From Candidatus Levybacteria bacterium RIFCSPLOWO2_01_FULL_39_10 (GTDB lineage: Bacteria > Patescibacteriota > Microgenomatia > Levybacterales > UBA12049): 38,264 nt of DNA. Location of the stretch: the NCBI GenBank assembly GCA_001782515.1, contig MFOV01000003.1, positions 40,446 to 78,709 on the forward strand. The letters run 5' to 3'. Shown here piece after piece: positions 15,976 to 24,320 of the stretch. The position numbers were made by a program, and so were the translations under genes. Numbering within the stretch: the stretch's first letter is position 1; the number at the start of each line of letters is the position of its first letter. Below the pieces are notes generated by a model that saw only the letters and a program-made list of their open reading frames with translations, made no database searches and had not been told where the DNA came from.

Positions 15976-16356
15976 ATGGAGAAGAAAAGAACAAGACTTC
16001 GCCCTATCTCAAGAAAAAGACATAACTATTTTTATCTTCTTACAGCAATATTAACTTTGATATTGTCTGGCTATATTTTATTTAACTTTTCTCCCCAATC
16101 AGCGTTTGAAATTTCGGAACTCGGAAATTTTACGATTAAGATTCCTTTAATTTTAATTTTTCTATTTTCCTTCTCAATCTTTATCTACTCTTTAACTACT
16201 TTTCTATTTTTCAGAAAAACTCAAGGGGTAATTTTTATTGCTTTTATTGATTCATATATCATAATGAGGCTTGCAGGTCTAACTCACTGGATATTTTTGG
16301 TTTTGGTAATTGCACTCTTTGTAACTGTAGAACTTTTTATACTTAAGAAAAAATAA
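15976..16356 (+). CDS. Small membrane protein of unknown function
   Basis: 126 aa. Basic N-terminus (KKRTRLRPISRKRH) followed by about four hydrophobic helices. Confidence 0.5.
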   Translation: MEKKRTRLRPISRKRHNYFYLLTAILTLILSGYILFNFSPQSAFEISELGNFTIKIPLILIFLFSFSIFIYSLTTFLFFRKTQGVIFIAFIDSYIIMRLAGLTHWIFLVLVIALFVTVELFILKKK

Positions 16357-16421
16357 TAACTTAATAAAGAATTTTTCTACCTCAAATTAACGTACAAGAA
16401 CTATTTTTATTATTGTGAAAA

Positions 16422-17264
16422 CTAATGGGTATCAAAATCCCAAAATCTAGCTTCTTCATAAAGAGTACCATTCAAAATAGCTGCATTGCTAAAATCTAAA
16501 TTAACTGTATCTTGCTTTCCTTCATTGTTAAATAAAATAATAAATTTATTATTATTCTTATCTACCTCGTAAACTGCTCCAAGATCACCATCTCGGCCTT
16601 TATAGACTCTTGTTTTTATATATACAAATGGTTCAATAATCTTTCCTTCATTATTTTTTAAGGTTAAAACTTTTCTAATATCATCTATTACTAAACTTTC
16701 ATTATTATTATTATGCGTGTTTTCAGTTAATGCTATACCTAAATAGTTTTTATTTTGTTTCTTATAATAAGTGAATTGCGCTTCATTGGGGGGACGGTAA
16801 TAAAAACCTGGTGCAAGATATGCTGTCTTTAAACGAAATCCATAATTATTGTATATTTTGCTTATAAATTCTTCATCAATACCTAATACTTTAGCTTCTC
16901 TATCTGTTAATGGTCTGTTTGTTGTATCGGGTAAATTTTCCAGAGAATATTCTGAACAATCGATCCCCTTACTAAAATCAGTACAAAGTTTATATTCCTG
17001 ATTACTAATAACATAGTAATTAATATTATCCATATTAATATGATTTTCGCGGTCATGTTCTTCTTTTAAATCTGAGAGGGAGTTGGGGAGTTTTCTATTA
17101 TATTTATAGTATAATTCTATAGCTTTTGATGCATATTCCAATTCTTCAAGCGTAAAATTATCATCTGAACGATTTTGATTTTCGGTACTAAGCTTATTAT
17201 CCCAAATGATTAAAATAAATAGTAAAACTGCTAGAAAACAAGTGATAATAATATGTTTAAGCAT
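16422..17264 (-). CDS. N-terminally anchored protein of unknown function
   Basis: 280 aa, one N-terminal TM helix, Asn/Lys-rich. Its start overlaps the stop of ORF 17264..17893 by 1 nt. Confidence 0.5.
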   Translation of the reverse strand: MLKHIIITCFLAVLLFILIIWDNKLSTENQNRSDDNFTLEELEYASKAIELYYKYNRKLPNSLSDLKEEHDRENHINMDNINYYVISNQEYKLCTDFSKGIDCSEYSLENLPDTTNRPLTDREAKVLGIDEEFISKIYNNYGFRLKTAYLAPGFYYRPPNEAQFTYYKKQNKNYLGIALTENTHNNNNESLVIDDIRKVLTLKNNEGKIIEPFVYIKTRVYKGRDGDLGAVYEVDKNNNKFIILFNNEGKQDTVNLDFSNAAILNGTLYEEARFWDFDTH

Positions 17265-17893
17265 TACGTAATTTCCAGAAAATCAAAAAGATAAAAGACA
17301 AAAATTAAAATTAGAGTAATAACAAATGGCAAAACACTAATAACAATTCCGGATACATTTAATAGTTGAATTCCTGTAAAAATTCCAACTATAAAAATTA
17401 AAATTAGATACAATAATACTGACCCAGCAATAAATTTTCTAAATTTATCCTTCTTAATTTCAAGGTAGTCCCTTGCCTTTTTACGAGTATATAAATACAA
17501 AAACGAAAAAATAGTAAACAGAATTACTAATGCTGTGCTGTCACCGCTTTGCTGTCCTTCATGTCCATAAGGACCGCCCTCTCCAAGTCCTAATGGTAAT
17601 AAAAGAAAATTTATTAGAAGTAGGACTGGTGTGAGAAGGGTCAAAAATATTTTATCCTTTGACAAGGAGTCAATAGAATAATCATTAGGATAATAATGAT
17701 TTATTAAGTAACCTACTTTCTCTAGAATTATAAAAACTATCCCAGCAATTAAACATAATAAAAGTAAGTAAGTAACGAAATATAATATCTTAGATTTTGT
17801 ATTTATATTTTTTATATTTGCATTTTGATTCAAATCTCGCGATGCATTATCTGGAGCGTTTTCTTTACTCGAATTTTTATCCTCTGGAGTCAT
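17264..17893 (-). CDS. Polytopic membrane protein of unknown function
   Basis: 209 aa. Polar N-terminus, about five TM helices, and a Gly-rich loop GLGEGGPYGHEGQQSGD. Confidence 0.5.
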   Translation of the reverse strand: MTPEDKNSSKENAPDNASRDLNQNANIKNINTKSKILYFVTYLLLLCLIAGIVFIILEKVGYLINHYYPNDYSIDSLSKDKIFLTLLTPVLLLINFLLLPLGLGEGGPYGHEGQQSGDSTALVILFTIFSFLYLYTRKKARDYLEIKKDKFRKFIAGSVLLYLILIFIVGIFTGIQLLNVSGIVISVLPFVITLILIFVFYLFDFLEIT

Positions 17894-17980
17894 AATTAAA
17901 GTTTATTCTTGATCAATTTATAAGTCAAACTATTAAATCCATTTATACAATTCGGATATCAGAAAAAGCAGCCTCGATTC

Positions 17981-17989
17981 TGTTATAAT
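17981..17989 (+). promoter_or_regulatory. Extended -10 promoter of metG
   Basis: TGtTATAAT, about 85 nt upstream of the metG ATG. Confidence 0.5.
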
Positions 17990-17995
17990 TACCGT

Positions 17996-18073
17996 GTCCT
18001 CAGAGGCAATGCTCCTTGAGCCGTGTTCGAACAGAACTGAAAAGGCGAAAGGTAAATGCCGGAGGAAGCTGTT
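17996..18073 (+). promoter_or_regulatory. Structured metG leader containing a partial copy of the module 3' half
   Basis: 18010..18060 aligns with 20455..20508 of copy B (roughly 80% identical by eye). The leader ends in SD GGAGGAAG (18061..18068). Confidence 0.5.
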
Positions 18074-19531
18074 ATGAACAAATTTTATATTTCAACACCA
18101 ATTTATTATATAAATGATGTTCCGCATATTGGACATGCGTACACTACTGTTGCGGCGGATGTTATTGCAAGATATTTCAAAGAAAAGTTGGGGGATGAAA
18201 ATATATTTTTCTTAACCGGAACGGATGAGCATGGCGCAAAAGTATCATCTGCGGCAAAGGAGGCTGGAAAAGAACCTCTTGAATTTGCAAATTCCATTGT
18301 TCCCCAGTTCGAATCCGCTTGGGAATTATTAAACATTAACTATTCTTATTTTTTCAGAACTACTGATCCGCGACATGAAAAAATTGTAGGCGTAATACTG
18401 CAAAAAATTTATGATAAAGGTTTTATTTATGAAGGAATTTATGAAGGACTTTACTGCGAAGGATGCGAAAAATTTCTGACAGAAGAAGATCTTGAAAGTG
18501 GAAAGTGTCCCCTTCATCCGAACAAAACCCCAGTCCGCCAGAAAGAAAAAAACTATTTTTTCAAATTATCACAGTTTAGGCAAGATTTAATTCGCTTGTT
18601 TGAAACAGAAGAAGTCAAAATTCTGCCAGAAAGCCGTAAAAATGAAATACTTGGAAAGCTAAAATCTGAGGACCTGAAAGACATTGCAATCTCCCGTGAG
18701 GAAGTCAGCTGGGGAATTCCTATTCCATGGGATAACACGCAAACCATTTATGTTTGGGTAGAAGCATTGTTTAACTATTACACGGCTACTCAATTTTTAG
18801 AAGGCAAACAAAAATTCTGGCCGGCGGATATTCACCTTATGGGTAAAGATATTTTGTGGTTTCACACAGTAATATGGTATGCGCTTTTAAAAGCTGCCGA
18901 ACTTGATTTGCCAAAAAAAGTATTTGCTCACGGATTTTTTACGATAAACGGCGAAAAAATGTCAAAGTCCGCAGGTAATGTGATTGCGCCAAAGGAATTA
19001 GTGGACAAATTCGGGGCAGATGCAACTCGTTATCTTTTACTTTCCCAATTTCCTTTTGGAAGTGACGGAGATTTTTCAATTGAAAAGCTTACCCAAAGCT
19101 ACAATGCAAATCTGGCAAACGGACTGGGGAATTTAGTTTCGCGTATTGCGAAAATTGCTGAATCAAGTAATTTCGGAAACGAGGTTAAAATTCAAGATTT
19201 TAAAGAACTAAGTAATGTTTTTCTGCTTACTGATGAAGATAAATCTTTGAGTGATAAAATAGAGAACTTCACATTACTTGAAGGAATTGAATATATACAA
19301 AACTTAATTAACAGAATAAATCAGATATTTGATCAGCATAAACCTTGGGAATTAATAAAATCAGACCAAACAAATGAATTGGATAGTCTATTATCTGAGT
19401 GTATTAGAAGTATCTTAGAAATTTCTGTATTATTACGACCGTTCATGCCCAAAACTGCAGAGATGATAGAAAAACAATTTAAAGGTCCAAAAATTAAATT
19501 ACTATCTCCGCTTTTCCCGCGAATAAAATAA
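18074..19531 (+). CDS. metG: Methionyl-tRNA synthetase
   Basis: HIGH motif (PHIGHAYT), KMSKS motif, zinc knuckle CEGCEKF...CPLH. Start placed at 18074 because SD GGAGGAAG lies 5 nt upstream. The track ORF begins at 18056. Confidence 0.93.
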   Translation: MNKFYISTPIYYINDVPHIGHAYTTVAADVIARYFKEKLGDENIFFLTGTDEHGAKVSSAAKEAGKEPLEFANSIVPQFESAWELLNINYSYFFRTTDPRHEKIVGVILQKIYDKGFIYEGIYEGLYCEGCEKFLTEEDLESGKCPLHPNKTPVRQKEKNYFFKLSQFRQDLIRLFETEEVKILPESRKNEILGKLKSEDLKDIAISREEVSWGIPIPWDNTQTIYVWVEALFNYYTATQFLEGKQKFWPADIHLMGKDILWFHTVIWYALLKAAELDLPKKVFAHGFFTINGEKMSKSAGNVIAPKELVDKFGADATRYLLLSQFPFGSDGDFSIEKLTQSYNANLANGLGNLVSRIAKIAESSNFGNEVKIQDFKELSNVFLLTDEDKSLSDKIENFTLLEGIEYIQNLINRINQIFDQHKPWELIKSDQTNELDSLLSECIRSILEISVLLRPFMPKTAEMIEKQFKGPKIKLLSPLFPRIK

Positions 19532-19538
19532 ATTTTTT

Positions 19539-19548
19539 TGCTATAATT
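19539..19548 (+). promoter_or_regulatory. Extended -10 element in front of the methyltransferase gene
   Basis: TGcTATAAT, ending 12 nt before the ATG at 19561. Confidence 0.45.
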
Positions 19549-19560
19549 ATTTTTTAATTT

Positions 19561-20205
19561 ATGATATACGACGAAAATTATTTTCTAAATATTGAAAGAT
19601 ATGCACCTTTTTCATATTTACACCCTATTACTAAAAAAAGTAATTTTGCAAAAAAACAAATAATTAACTTGATTAAAATTAAAGAAAGAGAGTATGCAAA
19701 AAGAAGATCGAGGTGGATTTTGAAGAATCTGAAAATTTCTTCTAGTCTTGATATAGGTACTGCTGACGGATCATTGGTCAAAAAATTATTATCGAACGGG
19801 GTTGATGCCTATGGACTGGATATAAGTACTTATCAAATTAATAAATTAAAATTGCAATATCCGAATAATTTTTATCTTGGAAGCACAGACAATCTTCCGT
19901 TTAAGAGTAAGTCTTTCGATTTAATTTCAGCTTATCATGTGCTTGAACATGTTATGCCCGATCAGGTTCAAAATTCAATAAAAGAGTTAGGAAGAGTAAG
20001 TAGTAAATATATAATAATTGAGCATCCTGCAAAAGAAAACTTTCATGCCTATGTAGATTCCTCCCATATCTCAATATATACATCACATGAGTGGAAAAAT
20101 ATAATCACAAAAATTCTCAATCTTAACTGGAAATTAATAAAATTTGAAGAAGCAAATTTTTATAAACCTGTTTCCTTTTTACTTCAAAGAAGAACTGCCA
20201 ATTAA
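19561..20205 (+). CDS. Class I SAM-dependent methyltransferase
   Basis: 214 aa. Motif I LDIGTADGS, GLDIS, and FDLISAYHVLEHV. Confidence 0.75.
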   Translation: MIYDENYFLNIERYAPFSYLHPITKKSNFAKKQIINLIKIKEREYAKRRSRWILKNLKISSSLDIGTADGSLVKKLLSNGVDAYGLDISTYQINKLKLQYPNNFYLGSTDNLPFKSKSFDLISAYHVLEHVMPDQVQNSIKELGRVSSKYIIIEHPAKENFHAYVDSSHISIYTSHEWKNIITKILNLNWKLIKFEEANFYKPVSFLLQRRTAN

Positions 20206-20212
20206 TTAGTTT

Positions 20213-20371
20213 TTATGGGGCAACTGCTCCTAAAACTTGCTGGCCTGTTTCTGAGAACATTAAGAATCCGCCGATTATAACTCCGATTACTCCTGCGAGA
20301 AGTGAAAACATAACTACTCCCATTTCATTTTGCTTTGTATGAAGTTTGAAACTTTTATGTTTTTTAGCCAT
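20213..20371 (-). CDS. 52-aa single-TM protein, below the ORF-track size cutoff
   Basis: MAKKHKSFKLHTKQNEMGVVMFSLLAGVIGVIIGGFLMFSETGQQVLGAVAP. A candidate promoter sits directly upstream. Confidence 0.35.
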   Translation of the reverse strand: MAKKHKSFKLHTKQNEMGVVMFSLLAGVIGVIIGGFLMFSETGQQVLGAVAP

Positions 20372-20378
20372 CAATATA

Positions 20379-20407
20379 TTTATGACTCAAACTTGGAAAT
20401 TTGTCAA
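20379..20407 (-). promoter_or_regulatory. Candidate promoter of the 52-aa ORF
   Basis: Minus strand TTGACA (20407..20402)-17 nt-CATAAA, then 7 nt to the ATG. The -35 box is the left edge of module copy B. Confidence 0.35.
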
Positions 20408-20518
20408 GGAGGAAGGTACCAGACGGTACTTTCCGACGAAGACCCGCCGATAATCGCTCCGTGAGCCGTATTCGAATAGAATGGAATAGGCGAACGGTAA
20501 GATATGGCTTGGGTCAAG
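20403..20518 (+). repeat. Copy B of the structured intergenic module
   Basis: GTCAAGGAGGAAG start. P1 GGAAGGTACC-AGAC-GGTACTTTCC. Linker CGACGAAGA. P2 CCCGCC...GGCTTGGG. Core CCGT-ATTC-GAATA-GAAT-GGAATAGGCGA-ACGG. Ends GGGTCAAG. Confidence 0.8.
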
Positions 20519-20527
20519 AGAAAAATA

Positions 20528-20533
20528 TATAAT
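20528..20533 (+). promoter_or_regulatory. -10 box in front of tatD
   Basis: TATAAT ending 7 nt before the ATG at 20541. No SD and no clear -35 box. Confidence 0.35.
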
Positions 20534-20540
20534 TAAAGCT

Positions 20541-21353
20541 ATGATCGATGTTCACTGCCATTTAAACTTTCATGCATTTAGAAAGGACTTTAATGAAGTG
20601 ATAAAAAATGCCAAAGATAATGGAGTCAATAAGATTATAAACGTAGGAACATCTATTGAAACAAGTCTGAGTGCTGTTGAGCTTGCTGAAAAATACGAAA
20701 ATTTATATGCAATCGTAGGTGTGCATCCTCACCACGCTGACAAACTTATCAGAGGCTGGGAAAAAGAGATTGAGAGAATTGCAAAGTCCTCAAAAAAAAT
20801 TGTGGGAATTGGAGAAATTGGCCTCGATTACTATTCATATAAGTCGAATGGAATTGTCGAACCAAAAATTCAGAAAGAAGTGTTCATTAAACAGATTGAA
20901 ATCGCGAACAAATTAAAACTTCCCCTGCAAATCCACAACCGACATGCAGGAGAGGACATTCTCAACATCCTCAATAGTCAATGGTCAAATGTCAATTGTC
21001 AGCCCCCCGGCATGTTTCACTGCATGTCAGGAGATGTTAATTTTCTTAAAAAAGTACTGGATTTAGGGTTTTATGTTGGTTTTGACGGGAATATTACATA
21101 CGAAGGTATTCCCAAGGGAGAAAATACTCCCCTTCCTGAACTTGTTAAAAATGCGCCAATTGATCGAATTGTTACAGAAACTGATGCGCCTTTTCTAACT
21201 CCCCAGCCTTACCGCGGTAGTCGCAACATTCCTTCCTATGTTATAATTACAGCAACCGAAATAGCCAAAATTAAGGGATTGGATTTGTCTGTCGTAGAAG
21301 CACAAACCACCGAAAACGCTAAGAATTTATTCAAACTAAACGCTAGTGGCTAA
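20541..21353 (+). CDS. tatD: TatD-family metal-dependent hydrolase/DNase
   Basis: 270 aa. Motifs HCHLNF, GEIGLDY, HNRHA and TETDAPF. Confidence 0.9.
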   Translation: MIDVHCHLNFHAFRKDFNEVIKNAKDNGVNKIINVGTSIETSLSAVELAEKYENLYAIVGVHPHHADKLIRGWEKEIERIAKSSKKIVGIGEIGLDYYSYKSNGIVEPKIQKEVFIKQIEIANKLKLPLQIHNRHAGEDILNILNSQWSNVNCQPPGMFHCMSGDVNFLKKVLDLGFYVGFDGNITYEGIPKGENTPLPELVKNAPIDRIVTETDAPFLTPQPYRGSRNIPSYVIITATEIAKIKGLDLSVVEAQTTENAKNLFKLNASG

Positions 21354-21369
21354 ATGCTAATGGCTAATT
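21342..21369. repeat. Four direct GCTA heptads spanning the tatD stop codon
   Basis: GCTAGTG GCTAAAT GCTAATG GCTAATT, with GCTA at 21342/49/56/63. The array ends 4 nt before the next ATG. Confidence 0.85.
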
Positions 21370-21372
21370 TCT

Positions 21373-22866
21373 ATGACTAATTTTTTCAATACAATTTTTA
21401 CCCGTTATCCTGTTAAAACTCAAAGATCTTTGTCCGTTCTTCCAGGGTTTGTTTCATGGTTTCTAATTCTTTTTCCAATCTGGGGATCGCTTTTTATTCC
21501 TTATGCGGTTGCATATTTTGTACTGTTTTTTGATGTTTTCTGGTTCTATAGATCTTTCTCTCTTGTTATAACAGCATACATTTCATCAAAAAAAATCAAA
21601 GATGCAGAATCTGAAAACTGGCTTGAAAAAGCAAGTAAATTAACAGGGTTTGAAAAAGTAACTCATATTATAGTTATCCCAAATTATAAGGAAACTGATG
21701 AAAAACTGAGACGAATTGTAGGAACTATTGCTGCGCAGACTTTTCCCCTAGGCAGAATCTATATATTCCTGGCTATGGAAAAACGGGAGAAAAATGCACG
21801 TCAAAAATCCGCTAAGATAATAAAGGAGTTTGAGAATATATTTGGAGGGATTTACGCAACTTACCACCCGGATATCCAAGATGAGGTTAAAGGAAAATCT
21901 TCGAACCAATCGTTTGCCGCAAAAGAAGCAAACAAGTTGTTGGTAGAAGGAGGTCTTATTGATGAAAACTTTTCAACAATTACAACCGCTGATGCCGATT
22001 CAATGTTTGACAGACAGTATTTTTCATATCTTACTTTTGGATTTTTAAAAGACGCTAAAAGATATAACAGGTTCTGGCAGTCGGCGAATGTTGACCATAA
22101 TAATTTCTGGAGTGTTCCTGCAGCAACCAGAATATTTTCCTTCTTTTCAAGTTTGTGGAGAACAGGACTTCTTGTTCAAGGAGACAGACTTATTCCAACA
22201 TCAACATATTCTTTGTCGTATCTTCTCCTAAAACGGATAGGTTACTGGGACACTGATGTAATTCCTGAAGACTATAGAGTTTTCTTCAAGGCATTCTTTG
22301 CTATGAAAGGAGATATTGCGACAAACCCAATTTTTCTTAAGACCTCAATGGACTCCCCTCTTTCTCCAACCTACATAGGATCTCTTAAAAATAAATACTC
22401 ACAAATCAGGCGCTGGTCTTACGGCGCATCTGATGACCCTTTGTTTATAAAATGGTGGTTTACAGTGCCTGGAGTTCCTTTTATAAGGAAAACAAAAATA
22501 CTTTTCCATGTCCTCCTTGATCATTTTCTCTGGCCTGTTAACTGGTTTATTTTAACAATATCGGCAAATATAATAACTCTTATTAACCCTGTTTTTGCAA
22601 AAACAACAATAGGATACAATCTTCCTATTCTTGCGAGGTTTATTCTCTCATCAACTCTTATTGCACTTATTATTATGGTGGTCATTGATTATAGAAATAG
22701 ACCCAAACACCTAAGTAAATCAAAAATAAGAGAACTTGTTTTCCCCCTTGAATTCATTTTAATGCCCATTGCGGGATTCTTTCTAAATTCTTTACCCGCA
22801 ATCATTTCACATACCCAGCTTATGCTAGGTAAAAAAATGGAGTACAAAGTCACCGAGAAGTTATGA
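21373..22866 (+). CDS. Membrane-embedded processive family-2 glycosyltransferase (cellulose/chitin-synthase-like)
   Basis: 497 aa. Motifs IVIPNYKE, TADADS (DxD), IPEDY and QIRRW (QxxRW), flanked by TM helices. Confidence 0.75.
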   Translation: MTNFFNTIFTRYPVKTQRSLSVLPGFVSWFLILFPIWGSLFIPYAVAYFVLFFDVFWFYRSFSLVITAYISSKKIKDAESENWLEKASKLTGFEKVTHIIVIPNYKETDEKLRRIVGTIAAQTFPLGRIYIFLAMEKREKNARQKSAKIIKEFENIFGGIYATYHPDIQDEVKGKSSNQSFAAKEANKLLVEGGLIDENFSTITTADADSMFDRQYFSYLTFGFLKDAKRYNRFWQSANVDHNNFWSVPAATRIFSFFSSLWRTGLLVQGDRLIPTSTYSLSYLLLKRIGYWDTDVIPEDYRVFFKAFFAMKGDIATNPIFLKTSMDSPLSPTYIGSLKNKYSQIRRWSYGASDDPLFIKWWFTVPGVPFIRKTKILFHVLLDHFLWPVNWFILTISANIITLINPVFAKTTIGYNLPILARFILSSTLIALIIMVVIDYRNRPKHLSKSKIRELVFPLEFILMPIAGFFLNSLPAIISHTQLMLGKKMEYKVTEKL

Positions 22867-24320
22867 AAACCATCTCAAAACTTGAGAAAAGTAAATATTT
22901 CTGGTTCCTTGTTCTAGCCTCTTTTATTTTTTTTCTTTTGAGATGGCCTTCTCTATATGAACCTTACTGGTACGGAGACGAAGGAGTTTATCAGGCTGTT
23001 GGGATTCTTATAAATAGCGGAGAAAAACTATACTCAGGCGCATGGGAAAATAAGCCGCCGCTCTTACCAGTTCTATACGCGCTTTTTAATTCTGATCAGT
23101 TTATTTTAAGAGGTCTCTCACTAATATCGGGTCTTGTCTCTGTTTGGTTTTTCCTTCTTGCCGCAATGAAACTTTTCCCAAAATCAAAATATGCCACAAT
23201 TATAGCAACGTCTATCTATGTATTTTTATTTGGAACTCGCTTAATTGAAGGGAACATTGCAAATGCTGAGAATTTTATGATTCTCCCAATCATGGCTTCA
23301 GCATTTCTTATAATTTCAAACGAGAACTTCAAAAAAACACTAAATTATAAAATTTATCTTTTAGCTGGATTTCTTCTTAGCATCTCTTTTTTAATAAAAA
23401 CAGTTGCTGTCTTTGATTTCCTTGCGTTTTTTACAGCTCTTTTAATCTATAAAGATCTTAGTCTTAAAGAAAAAATAAAAGAAAGAATTATCCCCTTAAC
23501 GCTGGGTTTTTCAATTCCTATATTTTTAATAATGTTTTATTTTCTGACAACTCAAAATTTCAAGGATTTCATGGATGCACTTCTGCTTCAAAATCTAGCG
23601 TATGTCGGATATGCAAATGAATTTCTTTTTCCGCAAGGCCTTCTTTTTATAAAAGGCGTATTGCTACTTTTTTTTATTATCGCCTTGTATTTATACAGAA
23701 AAAAATTAAGCATGAATGTTTTATTTATTTTCTTGTGGTTCGGGTTTTCCTTATTTAATGTTTTTTTCTCGGGGAGGGCCTACACTCACTATTTAATTAC
23801 CCTTCTTCCAAGCTTTTGTCTTATGATAGGACTCGCAATTGAGGAGAGAAAAATAAGAATTCCGACGGTTTCGGCTCTAGTTGTGGGAAGCATGCTTATA
23901 TATTTCACATTTAATCTTAAGTTTGAAGTTTTATCATATTATACAAATGTAATATCTTTTTTTGCAGGACAGAAAAGTGTCGCTGAGTATCAATCCTATT
24001 TTGATCCCAACACTCCCAGAGACTATGAGATTGCGAGGTATATAAAAATAAATACCTCCTCAGACGACAAGGTATTTATCTGGGGAAACAACGCACAAGT
24101 TTATAAGCTTACGGGTAAAACTCCTCTTATCCGCTATACAGTTACGTATCATATAATTAATTTCCCTAAAGGATTTAGTGAAATGGAAGAAGCAATAGAA
24201 AATGAGAAACCGAAATTAATAGTCGTTATGCCAAACGTACCCCAGTTCCCTTTTGGTCTGGAAAATTACACTGAGATAATGGATATAGGTGGAGCAATGA
24301 TATATGAGAAAGTACTTTAG
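22863..24320 (+). CDS. GT-C fold membrane glycosyltransferase (PMT/ArnT-like)
   Basis: 485 aa, more than 10 TM helices. Acidic first-loop motif YWYGDEGVY. Start overlaps the upstream stop (ATGA). Confidence 0.7.
   Translation: MKTISKLEKSKYFWFLVLASFIFFLLRWPSLYEPYWYGDEGVYQAVGILINSGEKLYSGAWENKPPLLPVLYALFNSDQFILRGLSLISGLVSVWFFLLAAMKLFPKSKYATIIATSIYVFLFGTRLIEGNIANAENFMILPIMASAFLIISNENFKKTLNYKIYLLAGFLLSISFLIKTVAVFDFLAFFTALLIYKDLSLKEKIKERIIPLTLGFSIPIFLIMFYFLTTQNFKDFMDALLLQNLAYVGYANEFLFPQGLLFIKGVLLLFFIIALYLYRKKLSMNVLFIFLWFGFSLFNVFFSGRAYTHYLITLLPSFCLMIGLAIEERKIRIPTVSALVVGSMLIYFTFNLKFEVLSYYTNVISFFAGQKSVAEYQSYFDPNTPRDYEIARYIKINTSSDDKVFIWGNNAQVYKLTGKTPLIRYTVTYHIINFPKGFSEMEEAIENEKPKLIVVMPNVPQFPFGLENYTEIMDIGGAMIYEKVL

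Noticed and set aside
17990-18073. T-box riboswitch upstream of metG, and ZTP (pfl) riboswitch upstream of purH (7795..8061)
   Set aside because: I searched by eye for the conserved T-box sequence (..GGTGGNACCGCG..) and the ZTP core, and found neither.
18056-18073. metG start at 18056, as given in the ORF track
   Set aside because: The ATG at 18074 is preceded by GGAGGAAG at the ideal distance, and the enzyme core starts right after it. The 18056 start would place the SD inside the coding region.
20468-20484. TTCGAAT in the module core resembles a tRNA T-loop
   Set aside because: No acceptor, D or anticodon arms can be drawn around it, and the flanking stem is ATTC/GAAT rather than a G-C-rich T stem. 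No tRNA gene is present in the window.
20462-20500. GAGCCGTAT in the module core resembles the 5' strand of group II intron domain V
   Set aside because: The matching 3' strand (..ACGGTTC with its 2-nt bulge) and the GNRA-capped 34-nt hairpin are absent. There is also no intron-encoded reverse transcriptase and no other intron domains.
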